Shown: positions 51,273 to 64,000 of the stretch, one piece after another
How the letters are laid out: each line of letters begins with the position of its first letter
Numbering within the stretch: the stretch's first letter is position 1
NCBI GenBank assembly: GCA_964016885.1
Contig: OZ024745.1
Location: 46,624,001 to 46,688,000 of the forward strand
Source of the DNA: Eledone cirrhosa
Taxonomy: Eukaryota
Reading direction: 5' to 3'
DNA: 64,000 nt
Position numbers and translations under genes: made by a program
The notes under the pieces: generated by a model
Database searches by the model: none
The model's input: only the letters and a program-made list of their open reading frames with translations
What the model was told of the DNA's origin: nothing

Positions 51273-53504
51273 TAATGATAGACTCCAGTCCTATCATCTC
51301 ATTTCTACAGCTGAGTAAACTGGAGCAATGTGAAATAAAGTGTCCTGCTCAAAGAAATAACACATCACCCGGTCCGAGAATTGAACTCACAACTTTTCGA
51401 TTGCAAGTCCAGTGCTCTAACCACTAAGCCATGCGCCTTCATATTATAAATTCTTATTCTTTATTAAAAATAAACTACTTGAATTGAGAAAGATTCGATT
51501 GGAATGGACATCTATCAATTTCAATGATGAGTGCTCTTGTTTTATCAACAGAACAGTTTTCATATGAAATTAACATGTAAGTGAGCATTCCAGAGACATG
51601 TGTACCCTTAACCTGATTCTTGGTGAGATTCAGCATTACACGGTGTATGACAAGGCTGGTCCTATATGTTGATCAGAGGCTATGGTAAATGACACCCATG
51701 ATGTCACACAGTGGGATTAACCCCAGGACCTTAATGGTCACAAAATTAACATCTTAGCCATTTCCCTATGCTACATCCACAATTCAATGGGAAAGTTAAT
51801 TGAAATCTTTACTAATTTGAGACAATTGCTTTCAGAGCAGTAGGAAGTTGTTCTTAAGAGTGATGCAAGTGGTTAGTTAAGTGATATAGTAGTGTAACAT
51901 TACTAAATGGTTTCTAGTATTCAAAATATAAGTGTAACAACATGAATACATGACCAGCTCTACTAAAGTTGTTTTGCTCCAGGTCAGCCTTGAGACCAAT
52001 GATCAAGGGCATTCCAATTGTAGCCAACTAGTCTTATTTTATTCATATATAATGGATCTACATCTATATTATCTGATGTATACCTTAAAAAAAAACAACA
52101 GTAGTATGAGTTGAGATTCGGTTGTTATTTTTAGCAGGTTGAGCAACCATATAGAGGTTCCCAGATGTTTTATAAGGCAGTTGGCAAGTCTTGTTGGATA
52201 GTTATTTGAGGAAACCAATGATTAAAGGTATTCCAGTTGTGACCACCATCTTAATTCATTTAGATATAATAGGTGATGGTGAATAGTTGTTGGTTTAAGT
52301 TATCCAATGTATCCATTTGTTTTTAGATAGTAGTGTGATTTAAGGGAGATTTTGCTGTTATTTTTAGCATGTTGAGTGACCATGTAGTCTCCTAAAAATT
52401 TTATAGGGCAGTGTCTAAGTTCTGTTGGATATTCATTCTGTTTAGTTGATGTTAGCAATGAAAAGTAGCTTGAATGACTAACTCTACATAGGCATTTGTG
52501 TAAGCACTATAAATGTTTGTGTAATAGATGGGGATAAATAGAATTTGTTTGTTACATGATGGGAATTCAAAGATATTAAATTAGGAATCTGAATAGCGTT
52601 TCTTGTTTTCAAGAGTAAAAAAATGTACATCTAATGAAACTGATTTTTATCTTTAAGAATGGAAAGGAAAAAAAAGATTTATCTTGGAGCTAAAGAAAAA
52701 ATGTGTGATAAACAAATATGTTTTAACAAGGGCAGTATGGATAGTTGCTAAAAATCAGTTCACAAATTTAATCCCTTTTGTTATCATATCTCCAATGAAA
52801 GACACTGCCTATAATTTTGAAAATAATTAAGTATTTGGAGGCACTTACTAAGATGAATAATTTTCTCATTATTAAGCCAGTGTTTGGAACATAATTTAAC
52901 ATCGATTCTTTCATTTAGTTTGAACAAGGGTTGGTATGGTATCAAAAAGTTTAATGCACCAAAATGATTTTTATTTAGAACTGAAAAACTTTACAGACAA
53001 TTTCTAATGAAATTCACTGTAGACATGATTTTGAAAATACACTTCAATTATCTGTAATTTGTAGGAATATTTTGAAGGCAAATTATAGCTAGAATTAAGG
53101 TGATGAATTGGCAGAATTGTTAGTGTAGGACAAATGCTTTACAGTATTTGTTCCAGCTTTTAATGTTGAGTTCAAATCCTGCCAAGGTCAACTTTGCCTT
53201 TCATCCTTTCAAGGTTGATGAAATAAAGTACTAGTAAAACACTGAGGTCAGTATAATCAACTTTCCCATTTCTACAAATTACTGACCTTGTGCCTAAATT
53301 AGAAATTATTATTGCAGCCAGAATCAGTGCCAGACAAAATGGTTCTTTGTTGAATTTAAATCCCATACAAGTCAACAGTGCCTTTCATCCTTCTGTGGTA
53401 GACAAAATAAATACTACATTGGTTTAATCAACTACACTTTCTCCTTGATGTGATCTTGTATTTGTTAGAAATAATAGTTAAATGAAACTGTTTTATGCAT
53501 AGTA

Positions 53505-53676
53505 AATAATTTTCTACTTTTGGCACAAGGCCAGCAATTATCACAGTACATTACTGGTACTTTCTTTTATCGATCCTGTAAGGATGAAAGGCAAAGTTAA
53601 CCTTGGCGAGGTTTGAACTCAGGCCGTAACTCTATGCTCCAAAACATGGTGTCCAACCCTCTACCGATACTGCCAA
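53505..53676 (-). mobile_element. SINE of the same family, more diverged
   Basis: Same core and 3' tail. An older plus-strand relative lies at about 53098-53310. Confidence 0.75.
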
Positions 53677-54061
53677 TATTAGTGCATGTTTTAAGTAGAA
53701 AATTGAAGTTATTCATGTATTTTAATTCTTATTTGGTTTTACATTTTGTTTCTAGGTTTCATAGTCTGGTTTCATAGTGGTTTAAATGTCAAAGTATTTT
53801 TTATTTCTTTCAGGAAACCAATGAAACTAGAATGTTCTTTACTTGAAAATAATGTACTTTTTACTTATGTATTATATTAACCCTTTGGACACTAAACCAC
53901 CTGAAACTGTCCATAAGTTTTATGATACTAAGCTGTTTATTTTCAAGTGATCCCAAAACCTTCATAATTTTATATAAGAGCCTTTATGTTCCAGTTAGTT
54001 ATATTACTGTTAGTTATACTGAATACTTTGAATGCTTATTTTCAAAATGATTTGAAAATTA

Positions 54062-54715
54062 CACTGCATGACACTATTTTTTTTAGCAAACTACTTTAGG
54101 TAATACTAGTTAATTTTAATGTGCTTTTTATGAATATGAAATCCACTTTGCTCTGTCACATCACATCAACATTTTGTTTTACAAGATATCCCACATATAC
54201 TACATTTACAGAAAAAGTGTCCAATCTGGTGAATATTGCACGTAATTTATTAATGTACTAAACTACAATTAATCAATGTTGAGAAAACTTACCACAAAAA
54301 AGTTACAGCATTGATTTCACTGTCAAGATCAGTAGCGTGAAATCAGCAAAAGTCTACCACCATGCAGGGATCAGCTCACCCTTGGTACCTTGTTTCAACA
54401 GTGATCATTTAATGAAATCTTTCACCATGCTGATTACTGATATTGCCTAAATCCAAAGGAAAGAAATCTAAATGAATCTTTAAAAAGTGAATCGTCATGG
54501 ACATTTTGACACACTGTGCATCGAATGAATCCAGAAGGTCTGCCAAGATTGCTTTGTAATTCAGGCTTCGATTCTTTCCTAGAAAGTTTTCAACTGTTTA
54601 ACACAGCATCATAAACTCGTTATTCAACTTCATTCAATGAATCTCTGAATATCTGATTCTTCATCAATGCTGTTGTTTTGGTTCCTGAGCATTGTTCCAG
54701 CCAGGTATTCATTTT
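54062..54715 (-). mobile_element. Chapaev-like (CMC) DNA transposon remnant: transposase C-terminus plus one terminus
   Basis: Minus strand reads ENFLGKNRSLNYKAILADLLDSFDAQCVKMSMTIHFLKIHLDFFPLDLGNISNQHGERFH*MITVETRYQG, matching 'NFLGN...MSLKIHFLHSHLDFFPENLGAVSDEHGERFHQDI...EKRYQG'. CACTG terminus at 54062. Superfamily label is from memory. Confidence 0.75.
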
Positions 54716-55999
54716 GTTTTTGAATTTAAATATAAATTCTGTAATGTATAACTGAGGGTAATATCTTCTTTGCCCACTTATTCCTGAGAGGGTCATGGGG
54801 GCAGAGTCCTCAAACGCTCCTTCCAGCGGGTCCTGTCAGAAGCAACCGTCTCCAACTGATCTGGCTGGATCCCCAAGCATGACCAGCTAAGCTCACGGAT
54901 GTTATCCAATCATCTTGTATGGGGTCTACTCTTGGGTTTACTGCCAGTTGGTTTTTGCCTGTAAAATCTGTCCAGTGATTCTTTCCTGAGACATTCTAAC
55001 CATATGCCCATAGTTCTACCTGGAGTGACTCTCTGATTTACGAGCTATGCACTCTATCTAGTAACGTTAGAAAGACCCTTCAGAGGAACCCCATTTTGGC
55101 TGCTAACATAATAATTATGAATTAATCTGTTATTTGATTCAGATTGGCTGAGGCAAATTGGGAATAGCCTATATAGATATTTTAAATATTACATATCACC
55201 ATTTAATGTCTTCACTTGTGTCAGACACGACAACCTTCCTAGTGGTGGTGATCTACACAATAAGTGCACCCAGTCCATGTAAAGTGGTTGGTGATAGGAA
55301 AGGCACCCAGCTGTAGAAAATCTTCTAAACAAGGTTGGGAGGACTCCTCAGTTATATCAAAAACCTTGCTTCTCTAGAGTTATTGGCATGATAAAATGCA
55401 CTTGTGTGGGATTGTATGTTAGATCCCTGGTCTGCCTGAAGATCAGTGGCTCTACTTGAAAAAAGACCAGTTTGTGGTAACACATCCAAATCTTCTTAGC
55501 AAGGAAAATGGATAATAAATAACGATGATGATGTATTTATTTTTTCAGTTAATTGACAATCTTTGGTTTACAGTTAGTGTTTCAAGAATTGTAGTTTTGA
55601 AACAAGTAATCACAACAAATCCTTACTTAATTTGAATTTAAATTGCATGAATGTATTTCATATAAAGTTATTTCTTGTGAAAATTAGACATTTAATGCAT
55701 TATCTAATAAACTACAATCAGAAATTCAGATTTCCATAATTTAAATTAGCTATATTTTTATTATTTACATCTTATTGATTATTGTTCATTTGCAATTAAA
55801 TCTTAATGATTTATCTGAAAACTTGGTCGTGTTTGCTGACAAATTTCTAAGAAATATTATAGCTTTAACTGCATCTAATTTAGCTATTAAAAACTGATGC
55901 TAAACAAATGCCATAATTTCTTCTGCCATCTTACAAGAAGCTTCTTTTCTATACTATGATGAAATTCAATGAGATTTTATGAAACTAATTTGTCTTGTT

Positions 56000-56760
56000 A
56001 AGATGTTGGGAAGTGGAGGACATGTCTGTGCAAGCGCATATGACGGGTGTCTATGAGGCTGTGGGCTGATGCAAGTACACACGCAACTCTTTATTGGAAA
56101 CATAGTGGTACCATCTGATGTTCTCAATGGTTCTTAGAGCTCTATCGAAACCATTGATCCTCTTTGCCAGGGTCTTTGTGAGGGGCCACATTTCTGCTCC
56201 ATAGAGAACGGAGAGGACTGCCACATAGATACAGAGCTTCATCTTCTGAGAGATAGAGCAGTGGTGCCAAAGGGGCTTCCGTAGAGTGTGTGTGACCCTG
56301 GCAGCCAGGCCACCTCTGCGGTTGATCTGCAGAGTCAACGGTCAGGTCTTCATTGTTGTTGACTGTCAAGCCTAGGTAAATGAAGGAGCTGACAAACTCC
56401 TCGACATTAGGGCTAATATGAAGTGGGGAAGGATCTGGGCACTGCTACAGAGCTGTTAAAACAGGGTCGTGATCTTGCGAGGCGCGCTGATGAGCTTCAG
56501 AAGTTTCCAGAGTGGTCAACCATGTCAAAAGCTTCCTTGAGGTTGATAAAGAGGTGGCGATCTCTGCAGAACTCCCAAAATCTTTCAATAATGAGACAGG
56601 ACAGAAATGAGGATCTTGATGAAGGGCTTGCTTAGAATGGCGAGGAGGGGGATGCTACAGATAAGTTTGTCACTCTTCTGTTTTCAGAAGGGAAGGATAA
56701 TGCCATAGGTCCAGTCATTTGGGAGCCACTCTGACACCCATATATGGTTGATGTGGGTGA
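56000..56760 (-). mobile_element. Decayed RTE-like LINE
   Basis: INRRGGLAA...LWHHCSISQKMKLCIYVAVLSVLYGAEMWPLTKTLAKRINGFDRALRTIENIRWYHYVSNKELR. Confidence 0.8.
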
Positions 56761-58319
56761 GACACTGGACCTTTTATCTCCGCCTGTTTTTGACATCTCT
56801 GCAGTTTTGTGTGTGCTCAAAGGAAATATTTCTCTAATATTATGTTTGTCAGCACTCATATTACACCCTAATTTTCTTTTTGTAAACCAATTATGCTAGC
56901 CCTATTTTATGGCTAATTCAATTAACAATGTTCACACAAAATTATTAGATAACTAGTACATGTAGGAAACATGTAAAAATAGTCTGAATTCCTGTAGTTT
57001 TTTCATATGGCCTACATGATTATTTCTATAAAATAGTTGAGGGTATGGTATTTGTCAGTTCTTTTTGTGATTTGGTTAATCATAAAGATACATAAAATAA
57101 GGATTCTTGACTGTTTCCAATTATTTAGCTATTAATGTCTGATGGTTTCGAATAGCAAAGAATTTTGAGAACAGTCCAATGGTATGAATCCCATTACATT
57201 TGTTGCATATGCCTTTTGTATCCAGATTGCTTTGTAATAATATTTGATTCTGAGGGCTGTATTATATCAATGTAAAGGCAACACTAAAGATGAATTAAAA
57301 TATATTAGTTACAAGAAGAGTAGTAACTCCTGACTTTGTGGTATTGATGTGATTAATGATTAATGTATGAAGAGGGAATTATAGAGAATTGTAGTAGTAC
57401 TGTAAATGATTTGGTGAAATGTTTAGTGTGACATTTGAGGGGTGGAGGGTGGACTTCAGTAGAAAGGATATGTAATTAGGAAAATTAGAGGCTATTGTAT
57501 TTGCAGCAGTGGAAGATATACACCATCTCTAACAGCTAATAGTTGATATTATTGGACAAATTTTACTAAATTTAACAGTAAAAAAAACAGTTGCATATAT
57601 GTTTTTCTCTACAGTTCTTATCAAATAGTGCAGATAAGGTTTAGCTTGATATTGGTTCTATATCACTGAAATATCTCTTGTGCTATCTTAATTTTCAGCT
57701 AGAATATAGCATCAATACAAATATACAATCTGGCAGTTGAGCCCAAAATTTCAATGTAGTTATTGATTCTTGAAAAATTAAGATAGCAACTTTAGATGAA
57801 GTGTTCTAGATATTAGACATAGTAACCACAGCCATTTGTTAGTGTTTATTTCGCTTTTGTTTTGGTTTAATTAATTTTTAATTTTTATGTTCAGATAAGT
57901 AGATATAAAATGACACCAACTGCTAATGGAAAATGATTGTTTGATATTTAACTTTTGTGGATGAAGTGGGTTTTGTGAAATTCTCATATTTCTATTTATT
58001 AAATTAAAATTTTCTATACTAATATAAGATTTCCTCATTCTTATAGTTTTTAGCATAAAACTCATTATCAGAAAGATAGTCAACTGCCAAAGTTATTAAC
58101 TGACAATCCAGTGAATACTCAATATTACAATAGACTTTCTTTTTAGAAAACTATATTTGTTTATTTAATCATTAATTTCTACAAGGAAAAGGTGATGCAG
58201 TAGAAAGGAGGAGCAACTGCAGGTGAATCTAAACTATAATAAAGTAAGAAGCGCGGGACTGCATACGGTTTATAATTTTTTATCCCATTAGTAAAATAAG
58301 TTGGATTACTTTGAATAAA

Positions 58320-58507
58320 TAATTGTTTCTACTTTTGGCACAAGGCCAGCAATTATCCCAGTGCATTACTGGTACTTTATTTTATCGACCCCGTAAGGAT
58401 GAAAGGCAAAGTCAACCTCGGCGGGATTTGAACTCAGATCATAAAGGGACGTAACTATGCTGGAAAGCATGGCGTCTGACCCTCTACCGATACTGCCAAT
58501 CCACCGA
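58320..58507 (-). mobile_element. Young SINE, full length
   Basis: Near-identical to 8028-8212. Confidence 0.85.
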
Positions 58508-58704
58508 CCCTCTACCAATAATGAATGAATATTACATAATTAATCTACTAAATTTCGTGGCTGTTCATTAAATATATTTTATTACTTATTTAAAGATTCA
58601 CTTCTTTAAAATTTTCAAATGTCAACACTTCCTGTTAGCAATTGCTTAAATAAATATTCATATATTTCTGTCACTAATTTTCTCCTAATGCAGTTTATAT
58701 ATAA

Positions 58705-59526
58705 CTAGCAGCTGAGCCCGGTTGCACCCGGGGCCACTTTTTATTAAGTTAATAATTTGAAAATTATTATTGAAAGTTTATTATAAAGAAGCAGTTTAAG
58801 GAAAAAAAATAGAAATATGCACTTGGGGCTGGACGGCGTACAATGAGAAGTGGAGCGACGTGAAAAGCATTGTTTATTAACAGCGAAATAGCAATGTCGA
58901 TGATATGCAATTTGAAAAATACTACTTACTGTTAGTGGTGGTTAACATGTATTAGAATTAAAATAAAAACACACGTCCCTTCTTCGCAATTTAAGGGTTT
59001 TATTTCTTTTGATGGAAAACAGTGACCGTACTGCAGAATCGATTTCATAAAATGGTACTGTATGATCGTTAAATGTAGAAGGATGATAGTTTATTAACAG
59101 CGAAATAGCAATGTCGATGATATGCAAGTTTAAAAATGCATATTATGAAGGTTTGTATGATAGTTTACACCTTTTCCTGAAACTGCTTCTTTATAATAAA
59201 CTTTCAATAATATTTTTCAAATTATTGGTACTGTATGTTAACAGTGAAAGAACGTTGATGAGTTTAAAAATTTGTATGAAATTGTAAATAACTCAGCCAA
59301 GTATTAGAACGGGGAAATAACTCACCGAACGCGATAGTAAATAGACCGTTTGGGGGCCCTAGGGACCACATTTTTCAAGTTAGAGATTTGAAACCTTGTC
59401 TATTTGCTTCCTTGGTACTTTTTACATAGGTGTGTAAATTTTCATGTCCGTCCGACCACGTCTACTACCATTTAACCGTGCACATCTGAATTTCAACCAC
59501 CACCCATTTCACAAATATATATTAGA
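58705..59526 (-). mobile_element. Non-autonomous Helitron
   Basis: Minus strand: 5' A|TCTAATATATAT at 59526; 3' hairpin CCCGG-gtgcaa-CCGGG, 8 nt, then CTAG|T at 58705; A/T insertion site, no TSD. Confidence 0.8.
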
Positions 59527-59727
59527 TATCGTCTTTTTTTTAATGCATCATGGATTGCGTTACTGATTACATAAGACAGTGTAACAAAGTCTTTGTTCAA
59601 TTTCTGTGTATATTGTCAATACGATTTTATTTGATCATATCTACATGCATATATACTTGCGTATAATATCAAATATACACATTACACATGCTAGCAGAAA
59701 AGCACCCGAAGGGTGGTTTTCTGCTAG

Positions 59728-60075
59728 TAAAACTAATGGAGCAAGTTATGGAAATTGACAGAAAGAGTTCTAGCACAACTAATTAGGGAAATAGTCAAAT
59801 TAGATGAAATACTGTTTGGTTTCATGCTAGGGAGGAGCACCACAGATGCCCTCTTTTTACTAAGACAACTACAAGAGAAGTTCTTAGCTAAGAGTAAGCC
59901 TCTATATCTAGCTTTTGTTGATCTAAAGAAAGCCTTTGACTGAGTACCCTGATTGGTCATCTGGTGGTCCTAAAGGAAACTAGGTACAGAGTGGCTTGTA
60001 AGAGCAGGCAAGCTATGTTCAGAGGAGCTGTAAGTAAAGTGAACAGAGGAAGTGAGTTTAGTGAGGAATTCAAGG
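59728..60075 (+). mobile_element. RTE RT fragment
   Basis: TERVLAQLIREIVKLDEILFGFMLGRSTTDALFLLRQLQEKFLAKSKPLYLAFVDLKKAFD, homologous to ORF 20464-21051. Confidence 0.9.
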
Positions 60076-60094
60076 TCTGTTGAAGAAACTAGCG

Positions 60095-60480
60095 TTATTA
60101 CTGAGGGGTCAGTGAATCCCACAAAAGAAAACAAAAATAAAGTAATTAAAAACTAAACAAGCAGTTATCCCAGTGGTTTGTTGCAGTTACAATCACTGGA
60201 TGTTTTAGTGAAGCCATCCTGAGCTGTTTAACATTGCAGTTATAATCACTGAATGTTTCTATCAAACTGTTCAAATGTTTTATGTAAGATAGCTGGAACA
60301 AATGGCTAACTGTGAATTCAGTACCTGTGATAGGATAACTGAAATGACCTACAATTGCATTAAAATGACAGTGTATGAAGTCACCATGGGCAGAGTTGAA
60401 ATAATAGCTAAGGCATTTAAAAAATGTTGAATCAGTAAAGCAATAAAAATCTCCAGATGAACAGACATGTAGAGGACAGT
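60095..60480 (+). mobile_element. pogo/Tigger-type transposase remnant
   Basis: AVIPSGLLQLQSLDV, LTLQL*SLNVSIKLFKCFM*DSWNKWL...LK*PTI...IIAKAFKKC*ISKAI resemble pogo DDE 'VIPGGLTSxLQPLDVxINKPFK...IIVKSFKKCGISNA'. Confidence 0.7.
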
Positions 60481-60639
60481 AGTCTGTACCAATCTTCCCC
60501 AAACACCTTCCTCCATTTTAGTACTCACCTAGCTAATGAAGGAGAAGATAGGTATCTTACCTTATAACTCCCTCACTCATTTCCTCCATCCCCATCCTAC
60601 ATACTCACCCCCACCTCTTTTAAGTACCCCTACACATTT

Positions 60640-61008
60640 CCTCAATCCCCATCACAGTGATAGTGCTGGGACCACATCAAAAGCACCCAGTCCACCCTCT
60701 AAAGTGGTCATGCTAGTGCCATCACAACAAAAGCATCCAGTCCACACTGTAAGATAGCTGTACTGGAACCACAACAAAAAAGCACCTAGACCACCCTGTA
60801 AAGAAGTAGTAGTGGTAGTGGTGCCACACGCTCCTAGTATATACTGTAATGTGGTTGGCATTATTAAGGATATCCAGCTGTTGAAACCAAGCCAAAAACC
60901 AATCCGTATGAGTAAGGCATGGTTACCTGACCTGGTTAGCCTCATAATGTGACAGCCCGTCTAGCCCATGCAAGCATGGAAAATAGATATCAAATAGTAA
61001 TGATGATA
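60640..61008 (+). mobile_element. RTE 3' UTR-derived element with internal tandem modules
   Basis: Four copies of an AAAAGCACCCAGTCCACACTGTAAAG-like module, then the GCATCCAGCTG...CCCATGC...GATGAT tail. Confidence 0.7.
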
Positions 61009-64000
61009 AACAACTAGTAACAGTGATGATAGTAAATGACTCCACTGATTGATGTATGTATTAATAGACAATAAACTGAATATAATCTTCAGCTACCTGT
61101 GAGCTTCTTGAATGTATTTTACATTAACAGAGGCAAAGAAACATTTTATTAACCTCACACCTACACACTTCCTCTGAATATAATGGGGTCATGTATGTAT
61201 CACCAACTTCACAATATATAGTGGAGATCAGTGGAGTGTACAGGTAGTCAAGGATTGGCAATATATCTGAAACCTGTGCATAGGTAGTTGGGATGTAAAC
61301 AATCTCTGTGCGTAGTCCATAGTAATCAAGTCCAGTAACTGTACTAAATGTTGTTAATGCACAATTATTTTGTTCTAAATTAGATATTGTTATGAAACAA
61401 ATCGTTGATAATGTTGATATATTGTCCAAAACTTATTTTCCAAACGGTACCTAGCTAATTAGGAGGTGTGACTTATCACTTGTAGTCTTAATGAGTCTGG
61501 AAATACAGTTTAACTGTTTTTGTCTTCCATGTTTAAAAACTCTTCTGCATTAGAAACAGCCGTTAATTACAGATTGCATAAATACATTGAGATAGTGCAC
61601 CAAGTGTGTTCATTAGTATGTAATAGCTTAAACTAGACAGTTTGGATTGAAATTCTAATTTAATTCACTAAATGTGTAATAATTTTGCTTCCACGACACT
61701 GAATTTAGCTCATAAAATGTTCATTATATATAGATTAATGTTGGATATTTTCATCTACTTGTCTTCAAATAATTTTCTGTTGCATTTATCTTTCCAAATA
61801 ATCAGTATTTATAGTTTCATAAAATGCTATGGCTGAGGCTACTGTATTTTTTTTTTTTTAAAGCTTGAGATCATCCCTGTTTGAATAGACCTAAAGTTAA
61901 ATATTCTAGCCTTGATAATTCTTTTTCATACATCCAAGACTATATGATCCAATGTGTCCCTGTTTTCTAATAATAATAGATGGTAGGGTGTTACTTGAAG
62001 ATTTGGCTGCTATTCTAGCAGATCACACAACCACGTAAAGGCTCCTTTGTATAATTTTTATTGTCTATGGTAGAAGAGGAATTATTTGTGATGTCTGTCT
62101 GGACAAGATGTGGAGTTAATTAATATGACCGCACACAAGTTGAATCAATGTAAAAACCCACATATTTTTACATCAATCTTTGGAATGACAGGAAAATAAA
62201 TATATAATCAAACTATTGTGTGGCAAACAATTTTTATACAGCAGTTATCTTTTATAAGTGACTGAATAAACAAAGAATTTGGCTGATAAAGCCATTATGG
62301 TTGCTGCCTACTTTGTTGTGTATGTAAAGAGAAGAGCTAGAAACAAAATTACTCCTGAAATCACTCTTATATCAAGTCCATCTGCTGCATCTTCAGTTGA
62401 CAAGTACAAAAACATCTGATCACATCAGCTCATAGCAGCCTACCAATCTGACCAGTTCTGATGGTGTTATGTTATCTCTTATCGCCCCCCCCCTCCCCCA
62501 CTGTTTCTCACATCAGCTTCCTACCTTCCTCATCTCCCGCCCTCTGTAGCTTTTCTTCCCAACCCCATCCACCCTACACCCCGCCTCTCTCTCTAATAGA
62601 TTTTTCTTTCACTCTCAAGTCTTTTCTCTTGCTCTCTCTTTCTCACCGGCCTTTTATCTTTTTTTAATTTTATAGTAATGTTCTTTATGCTCAAATTTTT
62701 GGCTACTGCTTTTCCTAACTGTTTTTCTGTTTGCTTTTAATGTCTTGAACACTTTGAACTTTATTGATTTACATTTCCCAAGAGATAGCACACTATCTAA
62801 ATGTGTTTTTCTATTAGGTTTGAGCTTGCACTGAATAAATTTTCATTTTTGTTGCCAAATACAGACTTTTGGTGTCGCAGTGCCAGTCAAGAGGAACGGA
62901 TGTTAACCCTTTATTGCACTGGTCAGATGTCGTATATTATTTCTTTCATTGACACATCCTCTACTCATATTTTAATTGGCTAAAGGTTTTCAGTCTAGCT
63001 GTTAGATAATTTCTAGGAAAATTAGATGTGGAGAAAATGTGCTTAATATAAATTTATCTTGATAAGGAAATGTATTCCCCATTGCCACAACAGTAGGATT
63101 TCATGTAGAGTTTCACACATGAGTTGTTTTTATGCTGTCTGAATTGTAAGCAGAATTCTGAACTGTCTAAGTTGTTGAAATAATGAAATATTTCATAATA
63201 ATGAAACATTTTATAATAATGAAGCTTTTCAAAGAAATATTCAGGATTAATCAAATAAAATGATCTTTAATTAGAATCTCAGACTTTAATTATACTTGTG
63301 TGTTGTGTGTGTGCATTGCTGTCATGCTGAATCTCCCTGAGAATTATATTGAGTACAAGTCTGTGGAATGCATAGTCACTTGCATGTTATATTCACGAGT
63401 AAGTTCATAGTTTTATTGAACAACCGTAATCCTTGTTGTATCCAACAGATCCATTCCATTCCTGATAAGATTTTGTGGTTAACCCAAATTTCTTAAAACT
63501 ATTTTTGTTTTGTGACTGGAGTTATTAATGGAAATATTTTCTATTTCCTTATGATTACATCTGTTTCTGATTGAATGGAATTAGATTTTATTCCCAAGAT
63601 TAATTTCTAATTGTGAGGTTTAACTGGCTTTAAAAATATCGTATGATTATCTGTTCTAAACTACCTCATCATTTCTATATTGAATATAGCTTTCAATAAT
63701 CTATTCATTATTTCTGTTTAACATTTCAATACTTGTGTAGCAGTTGAAACTTGTCTGTTTAGTGTTATCTTCACTGTGTCTGATAAAATTACCATGTGAG
63801 GAAATTATGAAACTGAGCAGAAAAGCCAAGAATTAAAATTCGCTGTGAATCATCATCATTTTATGTCAGCTTTTCTATACTTGCATGGGTTGAGCAAGTC
63901 TTTTCTAGCACAGCATCCCCCCATTCATTGTATTCCTTAGTCCTCTCCTCTGGGAGCTTTAGCAATTTGGAATCAGCTCCAAAATATATTTTGTTAAACA

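Noticed and set aside
60146-60502. 118-aa minus-strand ORF as a gene
   Set aside because: It is antisense to the pogo transposase remnant.
62860-62965. Possible H/ACA snoRNA-like two-hairpin segment
   Set aside because: Only partial pairing, and no properly placed H box or ACA box.

Overview
AT-rich, microsatellite- and transposon-dense eukaryotic genomic DNA. The repeat content (tRNA-derived SINEs, RTE LINEs with (GAT)n tails, TTAA MITEs) points to an octopus or other coleoid cephalopod; this is an inference. The only host gene I recognise is a FAM81-family coiled-coil gene on the minus strand: three in-frame GT-AG coding exons at 26164-25895, 9875-9627 and 5866-5624, probably continuing off the left edge. 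A CpG-retaining zone at about 35.5-36.5 kb looks like a divergent promoter, with a candidate first coding exon of an unidentified plus-strand gene at 36483-36549. The rest is intronic and holds a young SINE family with target-site duplications, RTE LINE remnants carrying a PHD-like Cys/His insert, a GC-rich CRE-type retrotransposon 3' end, Chapaev-like and pogo-like transposase fossils, a Helitron, nested piggyBac-type MITEs, a 31-bp minisatellite and several strong inverted repeats (a 183-bp-arm palindrome and a perfect 29-bp hairpin with a template-switch signature). Most ORFs in the supplied track are spurious. I see no CRISPR array, rRNA, bona fide tRNA or clearly novel multi-gene system. 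All alignments and counts were done by eye.
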